A stretch of 64,000 nt of DNA from an uncultured delta proteobacterium (GCA_963716785.1 CAVQUW010000006.1:7810-71809), one strand, 5' to 3'; positions 1 through 11,521 are shown, counted from the stretch's first letter. The notes: a model not told the origin generated them from the letters alone. Numbers and translations are program-made.

Positions 1-86
1 CCTCGACCAGCAGGATTTTTTCCTCGGAAGTACCCTTCATATCCGGGGTTCCGGCATCTTGCGTCATCGGTGTGTTCTCCGCCGCG

Positions 87-1190
87 TCAGTCGCCGAATG
101 AGATCCCGATGTCGCGCGCGGTGAGCATGGTGTCGCAGTCCAGCGGGACCGTTTTCATCCGCCGGATGCTCGACTCCAGCGGCACGTAGTCGACCGTCGG
201 CGGGGCCAGCGCCACCATGATGCCGGATCGGCCCTCGCTGAGGGCCCTGACGGCGGCCGCGCCGAAGCGCAGGGAGATCAGGCGATCGGTGGCCGTGGGC
301 CGCCCGCCGCGCAAAAGATGGCCCAGCACCACCACACGCGACTCCTTGCCGCACAACTTCTCCAGCTCCGCCGCGACCTTTTGTCCGACCCCGCCCAGCC
401 GCTCCATCTTGCCGGCGACTTTCTCCTCCAGCACCGTGCGGACGCCGTCTTTGGGGGCCGCGCCCTCGGCCACCACGACGATCGAGAAATGCCGTCGGCC
501 GCGCTCGCGCTCGGCGATCTTCGCGGCCACCAGGGAGAGGTCATAGGGGACTTCCGGAATGAGGATGGCATCGGCGGATGCCGCCAAACCGGCGTGCAGA
601 GCGATCCAGCCGGCGTAGCGGCCCATGACTTCCACCACAATGATGCGCTGGTGCGACTCGGCCGTCGAGTGCAGGCGGTCGATGCACTCGGTGGCGAAAT
701 CCACGGCGGTGTCGAAGCCGAAGGTCACCACGGTCCGGTCCAGATCGTTGTCGATCGTCTTGGGCACCCCGATCACGCTCAGACCCTTGCGGTGCAGGGC
801 GCTGGCGATCTCGAGCGAGCCGTCGCCGCCGATGGCGATCAGGGCGTCCAGGCCCTGCCGGCGGAAGAGGGCCACGAGCTCGTCCGTGCGGTCCTTCTCG
901 ACCACCTTCCCGTCTTCCATCGTCACCGGGTAGCGCAACGGGTTGCCCCGGTTGGTGGTCCCGAGAATGGTGCCGCCCAGGTGGGTCACGCCGCGCACTG
1001 CGCTCCGGTCGAGGGGGATGAGCCACCCCTGCGGGTATTCCGCCGGGGCCAGCAGCCCGTTGTAGCCGTCGCGGATGCCCACGCATTCCCAGCCGCGGTT
1101 CAGGGCCGAGAGCACGATGGCGCGGATGACGGCGTTCAGCCCGGGGGCGTCCCCGCCGCCGGTGGAGATGGCAATACGGTGAATGGTCAT
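87..1190 (-). CDS. pfkA: 6-phosphofructokinase, PfkA family group III (probably ATP-dependent)
   Basis: Motifs TGGGDAPGLN, GGTILGTTN, GGDGS, PKTIDND and EVMGR. ATG at 1190 follows an AAAGGA RBS. GGDG rather than GGDD suggests ATP use. Confidence 0.9.
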   Translation of the reverse strand: MTIHRIAISTGGGDAPGLNAVIRAIVLSALNRGWECVGIRDGYNGLLAPAEYPQGWLIPLDRSAVRGVTHLGGTILGTTNRGNPLRYPVTMEDGKVVEKDRTDELVALFRRQGLDALIAIGGDGSLEIASALHRKGLSVIGVPKTIDNDLDRTVVTFGFDTAVDFATECIDRLHSTAESHQRIIVVEVMGRYAGWIALHAGLAASADAILIPEVPYDLSLVAAKIAERERGRRHFSIVVVAEGAAPKDGVRTVLEEKVAGKMERLGGVGQKVAAELEKLCGKESRVVVLGHLLRGGRPTATDRLISLRFGAAAVRALSEGRSGIMVALAPPTVDYVPLESSIRRMKTVPLDCDTMLTARDIGISFGD

Positions 1191-1215
1191 CGATTCGTTT
1201 CCTTTGTTTTCGTTG

Positions 1216-2667
1216 TCATGGAATGAAACCGGCCTCCAGGGCCGGCTGGACCGCCATTCCGCCTTCGACATTCTCCACCCAGCCGCCGCCCATTGCTTTG
1301 TAAATATTGCTCAAGGAGCGGAAAAGGACGTTCTGACTGCCGGTATAGGACAGCTCGACGTTGAACAGGCTGCGCTCGGCGTCGAGCACCTCGAGATAGC
1401 TGGTCGCCCCCTCGTCGTAGCGCAGGCGCGCGAGGCGCACATAGTTGCGCAGCGCCTTGAGCTGGCGGCTCAGGGCTTCGAGCCGCTCTTTGGATTTGCT
1501 GCGGTCGATGAGCGCGTCCTCCACCTCCCGGAACGCGTTCTGGATGCTCCGTTGGTAGCTGTAAAGCGCCCCTCTTTGGGCGGCCTCGGCCGCTTTAACC
1601 TCACCGCCGATGCGCCCGGCCGTGAACAACGGCACGCTCACGGGAATGCCAAGGTTCCAGGCCTTGGCGGGGCCCGTGAACAGGTTCGCAAGCTCCGTGC
1701 TCACCGTGCCGAATGCCCCGGTGAGGGAGATCGTCGGAAAGTAGAGCGACTTGGCGACCCCGATACGGGCGTTGGCGGCGACCAGGACCTGCTCCGCCTG
1801 CCGGATGTCCGGCCTTCTGACCAACACATCTGAGGGCAGGCCGGCGGGGACCGCGGGCAGCTTGAGATCGTCGATCGAAAGCCCCCGAGGGATGGGCGCC
1901 GGGTTGCGCCCGAGCAGGATGCTCAGGGCGTTCTCCGACTGGGCGACGGCGCGCTCGATGTCCGGGATGCGGGCCAGCGCGTCCTCGTACTCGGACTCGG
2001 ACTGGCTGAGATCGACCTCGGAGATGATCCCCCGATCGAAGCGCAGCTGGAACAGCGCCAAGGTGCCCTTGCGGCTTTCGGCCGTGCTCCGGGTGATCGC
2101 AAGCTGCTTGTCGAGGGCGCGGATATCCACATAGGTGCTGGCCACGGCGCTCGCGAGCGTCAACACGACGATCCGCCGGCCCTCTTCGGCGCTCAGGAGC
2201 TCGGCCCGGGCGGCCTCGGTCGCGCGCCGGAACTTGCCCCAGAAGTCGATCTCCCAGCTCGCATTCAGGAATGCCTCGTACTGGTTGTAGGGGTTGTCCC
2301 GGCCGTCGATGGGGGTCAGCCCCTCCTCCGTCAGGCGTTGGCGCGAGGCGCTGCCGCCGACGCCCGCCGCCGGGAACTGGTCACCCCGCGTCGAGAAATA
2401 GCGGCCGAAGAACTCCTCGATGCGGGCGGTGGCGATGAGCAGGTCCTTGTTCTGTTCCAACGCCGCGGCAACGAGGGAATTCAGCACGGGGTCGTTGAAC
2501 TGCTCCCACCAGGCCGTGTCGGCGAGATCCCGGACATCCTTCTCCTCGAACCGGAAGGCGGCGGGTGTGTCGATACTCGGGCGCTGGTAATCCGGGCCGA
2601 CCGTCACGCAGCCCGTCAGCAGCGCCAGGATGACTCCGCACAGGATGCGCACGGCAGATTTAGGCAT
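1216..2667 (-). CDS. RND efflux outer-membrane lipoprotein (NodT/OprM family)
   Basis: Lipobox [12 protein letters not shown] and motifs [24 protein letters not shown]. Lies directly downstream of the RND permease. Confidence 0.92.
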   Translation of the reverse strand: MPKSAVRILCGVILALLTGCVTVGPDYQRPSIDTPAAFRFEEKDVRDLADTAWWEQFNDPVLNSLVAAALEQNKDLLIATARIEEFFGRYFSTRGDQFPAAGVGGSASRQRLTEEGLTPIDGRDNPYNQYEAFLNASWEIDFWGKFRRATEAARAELLSAEEGRRIVVLTLASAVASTYVDIRALDKQLAITRSTAESRKGTLALFQLRFDRGIISEVDLSQSESEYEDALARIPDIERAVAQSENALSILLGRNPAPIPRGLSIDDLKLPAVPAGLPSDVLVRRPDIRQAEQVLVAANARIGVAKSLYFPTISLTGAFGTVSTELANLFTGPAKAWNLGIPVSVPLFTAGRIGGEVKAAEAAQRGALYSYQRSIQNAFREVEDALIDRSKSKERLEALSRQLKALRNYVRLARLRYDEGATSYLEVLDAERSLFNVELSYTGSQNVLFRSLSNIYKAMGGGWVENVEGGMAVQPALEAGFIP

Positions 2668-5600
2668 GCTCCCCTCCTTTCCGGCTCATCTGTTGGGGGT
2701 CCTGGTGTGGATCCGGGCCCGGGCTGTGGCCCTTGGCCGAATCCCCCCGATGGCTGAGCTTTTCAACGACGAAGAAGCACATCGGTACCAGGAAAATAGC
2801 GATGAAGCTTGCCGCGAGCATGCCGCCGATGACCCCCGTGCCCATCACCTGGCGGGCGACCGCGCCGGCCCCGGAGGCGATGGCGAGCGGGACGCAGCCC
2901 AGGATGAAGGCGAAGCTCGTCATCAGGATCGGCCGCAGCCGCAGCCGCGCCCCTTCCAGGGCGGCGTCCATGACGGACTTGCCCTTTTCGTATTCCACTT
3001 TGGCGAACTCGACGATCAGGATCGCGTTTTTGGCGGCAAGCCCGATCAGCATGATCAAGCCGATCTGCGCGTAGAGGTTGAACTCCATGTGGCGCAGAAA
3101 AATCCCGACGAAGGCGCCCAGGACGGCGATGGGGGTGCCTAAAAGCACGCTGAAAGGCAGCGACCAGCTTTCGTACTGGGCGGCCAGGATCAGGAAGACG
3201 AACAGCAGCGAGAGCGCGAAAATGACCGACACCGGCACCCCCTCGAGGGCCTGCTTTTCCTGGAAGCTCATGCCCAGGTAATCATATCCCATCTCCCGCG
3301 GCATGGTCTGCGCGAACACCTCCTCGAGCGCGCCCATGGCCTGGGCCGAGCTGAACCCCGGCGCGGAGACGACGTTCAACTGGGCCGAACGGTAGAGGTT
3401 GTAGCGCATGGTGAACTCGGGACCGCTGCGCTGCTCGATCGCGGTGACGGCCGAGAGCGGGACGGTGTTCCCGGCCGAGTTTCGCACGTAGAACTGGCCG
3501 AGTTGCTCGGCCTGGGTGCGGTAATCGCCCTCGGCCTGCACGTAGACCTGCCACTGGCGGCCGAAGCGGTTGAAGTAGTTGACGAAGTAGCCGCCCATGA
3601 AGGCCTGCAGGGTGCGGTAGACCTGGTTTAAGTCGACCCCCTGCTTGAGCACCTTGTCGCGGTCCACGTTTACGAAGATCTGCGGCACCGTGGGCAGGAA
3701 GGTCGTGGTCACGCGCGCGATCTCCGGCCGCTTCTTGGCCGCTTCCATGAATTTCTGCGCGTTCTCCCACAAAAACGCGATATCCTTGCCGGCGCGGTCC
3801 TCCAGGATGAAGGTCACCCCGCCGGAGGTGCCGATGCCCGGAATGGCCGGCGGCGAGAACGCGAAGGCCACCCCCTGGGGGATGCCGCCCATGCGCCGGT
3901 TGAGACTCGCCATGATGGCCTCCGTATTTCTCCTCGGGGCTCTTGCGCTCATGCCAGGGCTTGAGCGTGATGAAGAAAAACCCGCTGTAGGTGTTCGTCA
4001 CCCCGGCGAGCATGCTGTAGCCGACCACCGTGGTGCAGTACTGCACCCCGGGGGTCTCCATGATGATTTTCTCGAGCTCCCGGGTGACCTCATCGGTGCG
4101 CTGCAGCGAGGCGGCGTTCGGAAGCTGGACCCCGGCGTAGAGGTACCCCTGGTCCTCCTCCGGCAGAAACCCGCCGGGGACCCGCTTGCCGATCACGCCG
4201 ATGGCGCCGGTCATGATGACGAGCAGGAGCAGGCTGATCACGAACTTGCGGATGAACCAGCCGCAGAGGCCCACGTAGCCGTTGGTGGCCTTGCCGAACA
4301 GGGTGTTGAACCCGCGGTAAAACGCCCCCAGGGGGCCGCGGGCCTTCTTCTTGGGCTTCAGGATGAGGGCGGAGAGCGCCGGGCTCAGCGTCAGCGCGTT
4401 GAAGGCCGAGATGATGACCGAGATGGCGATCGTGACCGCGAACTGCTGGTAGAGCTTGCCGGTGATGCCCGGGATGAAGACGGTCGGCAGGAACACGGCC
4501 GAGAGCACGAGCGCGATGGCGATGACCGGCCCGGAGACCTCCTCCATGGCCTTCAGGGTGGCCTCCTTCGGCGAGAGCCCGTGCTCGATGTGGTGCTCCA
4601 CGGCCTCGACCACCACGATGGCGTCGTCGACGACGAGGCCGATCGCGAGCACAAGCCCCATCAGGGCGATCGTGTTGATCGAAAACCCGAGCAGAGGGAA
4701 CATGGCGAACGTGCCGATGAGCGAAACCGGCACGGCAAGCGCCGGGATCAGGGTCGCGCGCCAGCCCTGCAGGAAGATGAAGACGACGATGATGACGAGC
4801 ACGAGGGCCTCGGCCAGCGTGTACAGGATCTCCTTGATGCCCTCGCGCACGGATTGGGTCGTGTCGAGCGGGATGCTGTATTCCAGGTCCGCGGGAAAGT
4901 TCTTCTTGACCTCCTCCATGAGCCGCGTGACGCCGTCCACGGCCGCGATCGCGTTCGATCCGGGCAGCTGGTAGAGGGCGAGCACCGCGGAGGGCTTGCC
5001 GTTCAACCGGCCGACCATCGCGTAGGTCTGGGAGCCGAGCTCGATGCGCGCGACGTCTTTCAGCCGGACGAGCGAGCCGTCCGGCTCGGCGCGCAGGACG
5101 ATCTGCGCGAATTCTTCGGGCGTCTCGAGGCGGCCCTGCGCGCGAATGGAGTAGGTGTAGTCGACGCCGGGCGGCGCCGGCTCCGCCCCGACCTGGCCGG
5201 CCGGGTTGACCGTGTTCTGCTGCTTGATGGCGTCCACGATCTCCGGCACGGTGATGTTGAGCTTGGCGAGCTGGTCCGGCTTGACCCACAGGCGCATGGC
5301 GTATTGGCCGGCGCCGAAGACGGTGACGCTCGCGATCCCGGGCACACGCGTGAGCTGATCGTTCAGGTTGATGTAGGCGTAGTTGGCGAGAAAGGTCGCG
5401 TCGTAGGTCCCGCCCGGCGAGGAGAGCGCCACCAGCATGAGCGGCGAGGAGGTGGACTTCTTGACCGTGACCCCGTAGTCGCGCACCTCGGAGGGCAGCT
5501 TGGAATCCGCCTGGGATTTGCGTATCTGCGTCAGCACCTGGTCGATGTTGGGGTCGGTCTTGACGTCGAAGTTCACGTAGAGCTTGAGCTCGCCGTTGTT

Positions 5601-5849
5601 GGCGTTGAGCGAGTACATGTAGTTCATGTTGTCGACGCCGCTCATCTCCTGCTCGATGGGGGTGGCCACCGACTGCTCCACGGTCTGGGCGTCGGCGCCG
5701 ACGTAGGTCGTGTTGATGTTGATCTCGGGCGGAACGATGTCCGGGTACTGGGCGATCGGCAGCCCCAGGATGGCGACGGTTCCCACGATGACGAAAATGA
5801 TGGAGATCACGATCGCCACGATCGGCCGGTAGACGAAGAACTTTGCCAT
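2660..5849 (-). CDS. RND multidrug efflux permease (HAE1/AcrB family), one frameshift near 3930
   Basis: [12 protein letters not shown] start, [26 protein letters not shown] and RLRPILMTS. Split between ORFs 3282..5849 and 2660..3952; removing one G restores KYEAI. Confidence 0.92.
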
Positions 5850-5866
5850 GGGAGTTCAACCTTTCG

Positions 5867-5903
5867 CCCCCCCGCTCCCCCTTTTGCAAAGGGGGTTGGG
5901 GGG
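5867..5903. repeat. REP-like palindrome CCCCCCC-GCT-CCCCCTTTT-GC-AAAGGGGG-TT-GGGGGG
   Basis: Inverted repeat visible in the gap between the MFP and RND genes. Confidence 0.55.
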
Positions 5904-5921
5904 ATTTTGAAAGCGCCCCGT

Positions 5922-7053
5922 CTATGACTTCGGCGCGTACGGCTTGGGCGTCACCTTGGCACCGGTGCCGACCTTTTGCGTCCCCTCGGCGACCACCTTC
6001 TCACCGGGTTTGAGCCCCTCGCTGATCACCCACATATCCCCGAAACGGCCGCCGGTTTTCACGGTTCGGATCTTCACCGTGTTGTCGGCCTCCACCACGG
6101 CCACCTGGAAGCTGCCCTGAAGCTCGCCGACGGCGCGCTGGGGTACGAGCAGCGCCCCTTTCTCGGTACGAATCAAGGCCCGCACCTTGGCATATTGGCC
6201 CGGCCGCAGGATGTTCTCGCCGTTGGGGAAAAGGATCGCCACCTTGATGGTCCCGGTCTGGGGGTCGACCTGGCGGTCGGCAAAGGAAAATTCCCCCTTT
6301 TGAGGCCAGGTGCTGCCGTCGGCCAGGATCAGGTCGAAGGTGGTCTTATCGGTTCCCGGGGCCTGCCCCTGCTTGTTCCGCTCGACCGCCTGGAGATACT
6401 CGCGCTCGCTGATGGGGACATAGACCTTGATCGGGTTGACGGTGGAGACGGTGGTCAGCACCTGTGCCTGGGGTGTTCCGACCAGGTCGCCGATCTGGGC
6501 CTTGGCGGCGCCGGCGATGCCGTCGATGGGCGAGATGATCTTCGTGAACCCCAGGTCGAGCTCGGCCCGGCGGACCTGCGCCTGGGCCGCCAGCACCTGG
6601 GCCTCGGCGCTCTGCACGGAGCCGACGGCGTTGTCCTTGTCGCGCTGGCTGACGGCATTCGCCGCCGCCAGCGGCAGGATGCGATTCAAGTTCGCCTGGG
6701 CCGTCTGGAGCACGGCCTTCTGGTTGGCAAGCGCCGGCCCGGACCTCGTCGAGCGTCGCCTGGAAGGGCCGGGGGTCGATCTCGAACATCAGGGTGCCCT
6801 TCTTGACGAATTCGCCCTCCCGGTAGTTCTGCTTGGTGAGATACCCCTGCACCTGGGCGAGAATGGTGGCGTTCACCATGCCGTCCATCGAGGCCACCCA
6901 CTCCTGATAAACCGGTACGTCTTTCTGGACGACCTCGACCACCAGGACCTCGGGCGGCGGCGGTGGTGCGACGGCCTTCTTTTCCTCCGGGCATCCCGCC
7001 AAACCTGCTGCCGCAAGCATAACCGATAAAATATAGAAAAATTTCCCCTTCAC
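5922..7053 (-). CDS. RND efflux periplasmic adaptor (membrane fusion protein), frameshift near 6735
   Basis: Lipobox LAGC and motifs GTLMFEIDPRPFQA, IISPIDG, VDPQTGTIKV, LRPGQY, GLKPGEKVV. Split between ORFs 6346..7053 and 5922..6713. Confidence 0.9.
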
Positions 7054-7084
7054 GTGGCCCCCTTTGCGATCAGGCTTTCAAATG

Positions 7085-7214
7085 ATTACCCCGGCAATTC
7101 AATATGCCGAAACTCGTCATTCCGGCGGCCCCCGGATCAAGTCCGGGAGGAATCCAGGCTGCGCACGGAAGCCGGATCAAGTCCGGCATGGGTGTATGGC
7201 GCTGCCGTTTGATA
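7085..7214 (+). repeat. ~130-bp REP/MITE-like palindromic element (copy A)
   Basis: Core GTCATTCCGGC..CCCGGATCAAGTCCGGGAGGAATCC..GCCGGATCAAGTCCGGCATG aligns along its length with the reverse complement of 29070-29209. Confidence 0.75.
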
Positions 7215-7329
7215 GGACGGAACATGAACGCTTTTTATATGACATCGACGGCGGTTTACAATCTTGTTCATCGTGATTGGAGCCCTTATTTCATCGTTCC
7301 CGGCATCCACCTTGCTCATGGCGATCATG

Positions 7330-7755
7330 TCAGTCGGCCTGCCGATTGGAATAGACGCGTTGCACGGCGTTGATGACGATCGCGGTCGACCATCCGAACA
7401 TGATGATGCCGTTGACGGCTTCGATCGCAGACAGCAGGCGCCGGCTGCCGTCCAGAACCACATCGCCGTATCCCAGGGTAGTGAAGGTGACTGCCGAGAA
7501 GTAGATCGCCTCTTCGACTCCTTCGACAATACCCAATGCCAGGTAGGCGGCGCCCCAGACCAGCACCTCAACTATCGCGACGAGGTACATGGTCAGCACC
7601 ACCTCCCCCACCCTGGAGACACGATTCAGTCGCCATCGCGAACCACCGAGAGTCGCCGGGTGGCGGATGGACCGCAACGACAGGTACATCCCCCCCGCGT
7701 GAACGGCGGTGGTCAGCAGAATCAGGATTGCGCCGATGGCGATGTTCGACAGCAT
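7330..7755 (-). CDS. Small potassium channel family protein (Ion_trans_2)
   Basis: Pore helix and filter YFSAVTFTTLGYGD flanked by hydrophobic helices; 141 aa. Confidence 0.85.
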   Translation of the reverse strand: MLSNIAIGAILILLTTAVHAGGMYLSLRSIRHPATLGGSRWRLNRVSRVGEVVLTMYLVAIVEVLVWGAAYLALGIVEGVEEAIYFSAVTFTTLGYGDVVLDGSRRLLSAIEAVNGIIMFGWSTAIVINAVQRVYSNRQAD

Positions 7756-7799
7756 TGCGCCTCGTCTGATACAGCCAATTTAGGCCCTCACGCATCCCC

Positions 7800-9005
7800 T
7801 CATTCCGCTGTTGAGGCCTCTCTTGCACCCAGTAGCGCCGCGAGCGGGTTCGCGCTGAATCCGTGCGCCAGGATGCTCAAGGTCACCGTGCAGGCCGCGG
7901 TCAGGGCCAGTGTCTGTCCGCCCGGGAGGTGATGCTCCAGAACGATAATGGCGAAGACGACGGTGGCAAGCCCGCGCGGGCCGAACCAACCGAGGAAGAG
8001 TTTGCTGCCCGGTTTCAGACCCGACCCGGCAAGCGACAGGTATGACGGCAACATGCGAACGACGGTCAGGCTGAGTAAGGAATACACCAGAATCGGCCAG
8101 TTGAATTTAAACATGACCTGCCCGACGACTGCCGCTCCGAAAGACATCCAGGTGGCCAGTGACAACGCGTCTCCGGTGCCCTCGGCCGCGCGGAGCAGGT
8201 CATGCTTGTGCTCTTTCGCCAAAGCCCCGAAAAGAATGCCGCCGGTGAAGGAGGCGATGAACCCGCTGCCGCCCAATTCCTGGGCTACGGCAAAGCACAC
8301 AAACGCCAGGGCGACCACGGGGAGCTGCCGCCAGGTTTCGGTGATCCAGTCGCGCTGCGCGCAGCGCTTGAGAACCCACCCGCCGGCCGCCGTCAAACCG
8401 AGACCGACGGCTGCGCCGATGCCGATCTGCTGCGCGACCAGAACCAAGGCCAGCTGAAAACCGCTGCCTTTCATGGTCGCATCGGATGCGAGGGTAAGAA
8501 ACACGAGCAGAATGGGGACGCAGATTCCGTCGTTGAGGCCGCTTTCCATGTTCAAGCCCTCCCGCAATGCTGCCGGAACGGCCGGGTGAGTCACGACGGC
8601 TTTTCCCAAGGCGGCGTCGGTGGGGGCGAGCATGGTCGCAAGAACGGCGAGCTCGAACAGGGCCATACCGGGAAATATCAGGAAACCGAAGCCGAAGCCG
8701 AGCAAAATGGTCAACGGAAGGCCGATCAGCAGCAGCCGTACCGGGAGTTGCCGGTTGATCCTGAGAATGCTCAGGTTCGCGTTGGCCGCATCCGTGAACA
8801 GGACCAGGGAGAGTGTCAATTCGGCCAGTATCCGCAGCAGCTCGCCGTCGACGTGGGGGGTAAAGATTCTCAGCCCGAGCGGACCGCAGACGAGGCCGAA
8901 TCCCATGGCGATGATCGCCCCGCTCAAGGGCGATTTTTCCAGGCGCCCGGCGACGACGCTGTAGAGAAGGACAAACGCCGACAGGATCGCCAAATTTTGA
9001 TACAT
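7800..9005 (-). CDS. Cation:proton antiporter (CPA1/NhaP-like)
   Basis: LAPTDAALG, ESGLNDG and WFGPRGLA motifs with many TM segments; ATG at 9005. Confidence 0.9.
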   Translation of the reverse strand: MYQNLAILSAFVLLYSVVAGRLEKSPLSGAIIAMGFGLVCGPLGLRIFTPHVDGELLRILAELTLSLVLFTDAANANLSILRINRQLPVRLLLIGLPLTILLGFGFGFLIFPGMALFELAVLATMLAPTDAALGKAVVTHPAVPAALREGLNMESGLNDGICVPILLVFLTLASDATMKGSGFQLALVLVAQQIGIGAAVGLGLTAAGGWVLKRCAQRDWITETWRQLPVVALAFVCFAVAQELGGSGFIASFTGGILFGALAKEHKHDLLRAAEGTGDALSLATWMSFGAAVVGQVMFKFNWPILVYSLLSLTVVRMLPSYLSLAGSGLKPGSKLFLGWFGPRGLATVVFAIIVLEHHLPGGQTLALTAACTVTLSILAHGFSANPLAALLGAREASTAE

Positions 9006-9103
9006 GCGCTGCACCTTGCTGTTTCTTAACAAGACCCGCGGCCAGCTCCGCGGGTTCGCGGCCAAGCCGCGCAGAAATATGTCCCCGCGCCGTTGCCGAG
9101 CTC

Positions 9104-9249
9104 ATGGATTCGTAAGAACTCTCTATCGTTGTCACCCCGGCGAATGCCGGGGTCCAGAACGTCCAGAAATAACCGGATTCCTCTCGGACTTGATCCGGGA
9201 TCCGCCGGAATGACAAATCGTGAAGAATTTAATCTTCTTACGAGCTCAT
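9104..9249 (-). repeat. REP/MITE-like element related to copies A and B, with different imperfect terminal inverted repeats
   Basis: Ends ATGGATTCGTAAGAA / TTCTTACGAGCTCAT. Internal GGATTCCTCTCGGACTTGATCCGGGGATCCGCCGGAATGAC is shared with the 7.1 kb and 29.1 kb elements. Confidence 0.7.
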
Positions 9250-9281
9250 CAGTATTGGTGATCGGGCTCTGGCGTTCACGA

Positions 9282-10316
9282 CTACTTCCAGCGGAAAGCA
9301 ATCCCGGCCAAGCCGAGGGCGGCTTCCTGGTTGTAGAAGTCGATGTTGGAGTCGACCGCGGTGTAGGCGCCGGTCACGAAGAAGCGCATCGGCTCGCTGC
9401 CGAACAGCCTCCAGCCCCAGGGGTTCGTGTAGTAAACCGATGCGCTGGCGCCATAGCGGTCATCGTCGCGGGTCTTGCCGTAGACCGGGTTATTCTTGTC
9501 GTACTCCGCCCCACCGACGTACCCGTTGAATACCAGCGTGATCGGGTCGGCGTCGAAGAGATAGGTCAGCTGCAGATCGACCCCGGCGTTCGCCATGGCC
9601 TCGCCGTCAAGGTCTTCGTAGAACACGGCCACACTGGGGACCAGCTTGTGCCGTCCGCCGAACTTCAACTCGTAGTCGGTCGTAAACCGGTGAATGGAAC
9701 CGTTGCGCTCCAGGCGGTCGCGCTGGCCACTGGTGAGGGCCAGCGACTCGCCGCTGCGCTCGCTGCCGACGTCCACCTTCCTCAAGGTGTACTCCAACTC
9801 CAGACCCGTGCCGAAGACCTTGTCCCAGACCAGCTGCCCCCCCATGTTCCGGCGGCTGGTGTCGTCGCGGTTCTGGTTTGTCTCGAAGGGGTCCTTCCAG
9901 ACCCTGACGTTTCCGCTGAACAGCAGGCCGGCCTGGAACACGCCGACGGAGCCGATTCCCTGCTTGACGCCCAGCTGCTGGGCCGTGTCGAAGGACAGCA
10001 GGTCGCCCACTTCGGTGCCCAGAAACAATTCGGTGCGCGAGCCGGCGAAGGTGTAGGCCAGCTTGAAGGGCAGAGTGAAGAACGCCGTCGACTCGGAATC
10101 CGGCTCGTTGTCGACATCTCCGATCTGCTTTTCCGACAGATCGAAGCTCAGGACCTTGGCCACCGTGTTGCTTTTGATGGATAAATACCCGCCTCCGGGC
10201 TGGATATATCCGCTGAATCCGGATTGCTGGGAAATCGGGTCCAATGCCAAAACCGCACCTGACCCTGCACCCATGCATAACGCCACAGCGATTACGACGA
10301 TGGCTTTTTTTAACAT
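9282..10316 (-). CDS. Putative outer-membrane beta-barrel protein (DUF2860-like)
   Basis: Signal peptide, SGFSGYI N-terminus, alternating amphipathic strands and C-terminal GIAFRWK. Family assignment is from recalled similarity. Confidence 0.6.
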   Translation of the reverse strand: MLKKAIVVIAVALCMGAGSGAVLALDPISQQSGFSGYIQPGGGYLSIKSNTVAKVLSFDLSEKQIGDVDNEPDSESTAFFTLPFKLAYTFAGSRTELFLGTEVGDLLSFDTAQQLGVKQGIGSVGVFQAGLLFSGNVRVWKDPFETNQNRDDTSRRNMGGQLVWDKVFGTGLELEYTLRKVDVGSERSGESLALTSGQRDRLERNGSIHRFTTDYELKFGGRHKLVPSVAVFYEDLDGEAMANAGVDLQLTYLFDADPITLVFNGYVGGAEYDKNNPVYGKTRDDDRYGASASVYYTNPWGWRLFGSEPMRFFVTGAYTAVDSNIDFYNQEAALGLAGIAFRWK

Positions 10317-10424
10317 CTTCTCCTCCTTTTTTTTTGGACTGGTTTCAGAATCCCGGGTCACGCCTGCTCGGCAAGGCGCCGGGCGATTCGAAAGCCCTGC
10401 AACCTTTTATTGAAATGACTGCCC

Positions 10425-10988
10425 CTATTTCCCCGGCGTGATTTTGGTGATCTTGTTCCCCTGGATCCCCAGTCCGGCCATGAGCCCCTTCTGGTCGAAG
10501 AAGAAGGCGTATACGTCGGCCTGCGCCGTGGTCGTGGTCCGGCTCGTGGCGGCGCCCGCATCCCCGATGACGATATTGGGCCCCACGCCGAGCTCCCAGC
10601 CGTCGCTGCGGTCGAGGTATTCGCGCGCGGAGTCGTTCATCAGAAACAGGGCGAACCCGTACTTCTGGACCCCGGCCTGCAGGCCGTAAGAGAGGGCGAC
10701 CGTGTTGTAATAACCGACGGCTTCCCCGCCCTTCAGGAGGGCGCCCTCGCCATACTGCCCGCCGACAATAAAGCCGGCTTTGGCAATGTCCGGAAAGACC
10801 AGGATGGCCGTGGCCTTTTGCCCCAACTCCTTGGCCGCGTTCGATTTGGCATAGAGTTTCTGTAAAGCGCCCTTGGCGTCGCGGCTGATTTCCGCCGCCG
10901 ATCCCGCCCGAACCTGATCCGCGCTCATGAGCGCGCACACCGCAAACGCCAGCAAGCCCAATATAATAGTCGAACGCCGGTAGCTCAT
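10425..10988 (-). CDS. Ysc84/SYLF lipid-binding domain secreted protein
   Basis: AILVFPDIAKAGFIVGGQYGEG, SYGLQAGVQ and GLMAGLGIQGNKI; signal peptide. Confidence 0.85.
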   Translation of the reverse strand: MSYRRSTIILGLLAFAVCALMSADQVRAGSAAEISRDAKGALQKLYAKSNAAKELGQKATAILVFPDIAKAGFIVGGQYGEGALLKGGEAVGYYNTVALSYGLQAGVQKYGFALFLMNDSAREYLDRSDGWELGVGPNIVIGDAGAATSRTTTTAQADVYAFFFDQKGLMAGLGIQGNKITKITPGK

Positions 10989-11012
10989 TGTCGTGTCCTC
11001 CCTTGGCTTGAA

Positions 11013-11507
11013 TTACTGGGCCGGTTTCATCAGCGGAATCTCGGCCGCGAGATCATAGTTCAGCGCCGCGTTGATCTTGTTCTCGATCTGGTAGTAGCGC
11101 ACCACCTTGATCTGCGGCAAAACCTTGCGGAACTTCGGCAGATAGGTCTGGCGCAGCTTCGGCCCGAGAACCTCGATTGCCATGGATTCGTCCATGAGCT
11201 TCTTCGCCTTGGCGCCGTTCATTTTATCATAGGCATCCGCGTAATCCCGGATCAATTTCGCGGTGCGTGCACGCAGCAGGAACAGCTCGTGCTGATACTG
11301 GTCGTAGACGGGCCAGAAGGCTTTCGCCTCGGCCTCGGTCAGCTGCAGGTTCGCCGCCACCAGAAGCTTCTTGTCGGCGCGGAGCTTCTCCCTCAGGATC
11401 TGCATGTTGTCCGCCGGTTTGTCCTGAGCCGAAGCCGCCAGCCCGCCCAGCGCAGAGAAGCCGACCACGAGCGCCGCCAATAGAACAATCCCCTTCCTTT
11501 TGATCAT
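11013..11507 (-). CDS. Secreted alpha-helical hypothetical protein (LTEAEAKAFWPVY family)
   Basis: Signal peptide ending AASAQ, AGGAG RBS before ATG 11507 (alternative start 11525), LQLTEAEAKAFWPVYDQYQ motif. Confidence 0.7.
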   Translation of the reverse strand: MIKRKGIVLLAALVVGFSALGGLAASAQDKPADNMQILREKLRADKKLLVAANLQLTEAEAKAFWPVYDQYQHELFLLRARTAKLIRDYADAYDKMNGAKAKKLMDESMAIEVLGPKLRQTYLPKFRKVLPQIKVVRYYQIENKINAALNYDLAAEIPLMKPAQ

Positions 11508-11521
11508 GTGAATTCTCCTTT

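Noticed and set aside
3645-5927. Long plus-strand ORFs (also 17317..18720, 21650..23443, 30020..31762, 41448..43751, 60413..62350)
   Set aside because: They are antisense shadows of well-supported genes, expected in high-GC DNA, with no motifs.
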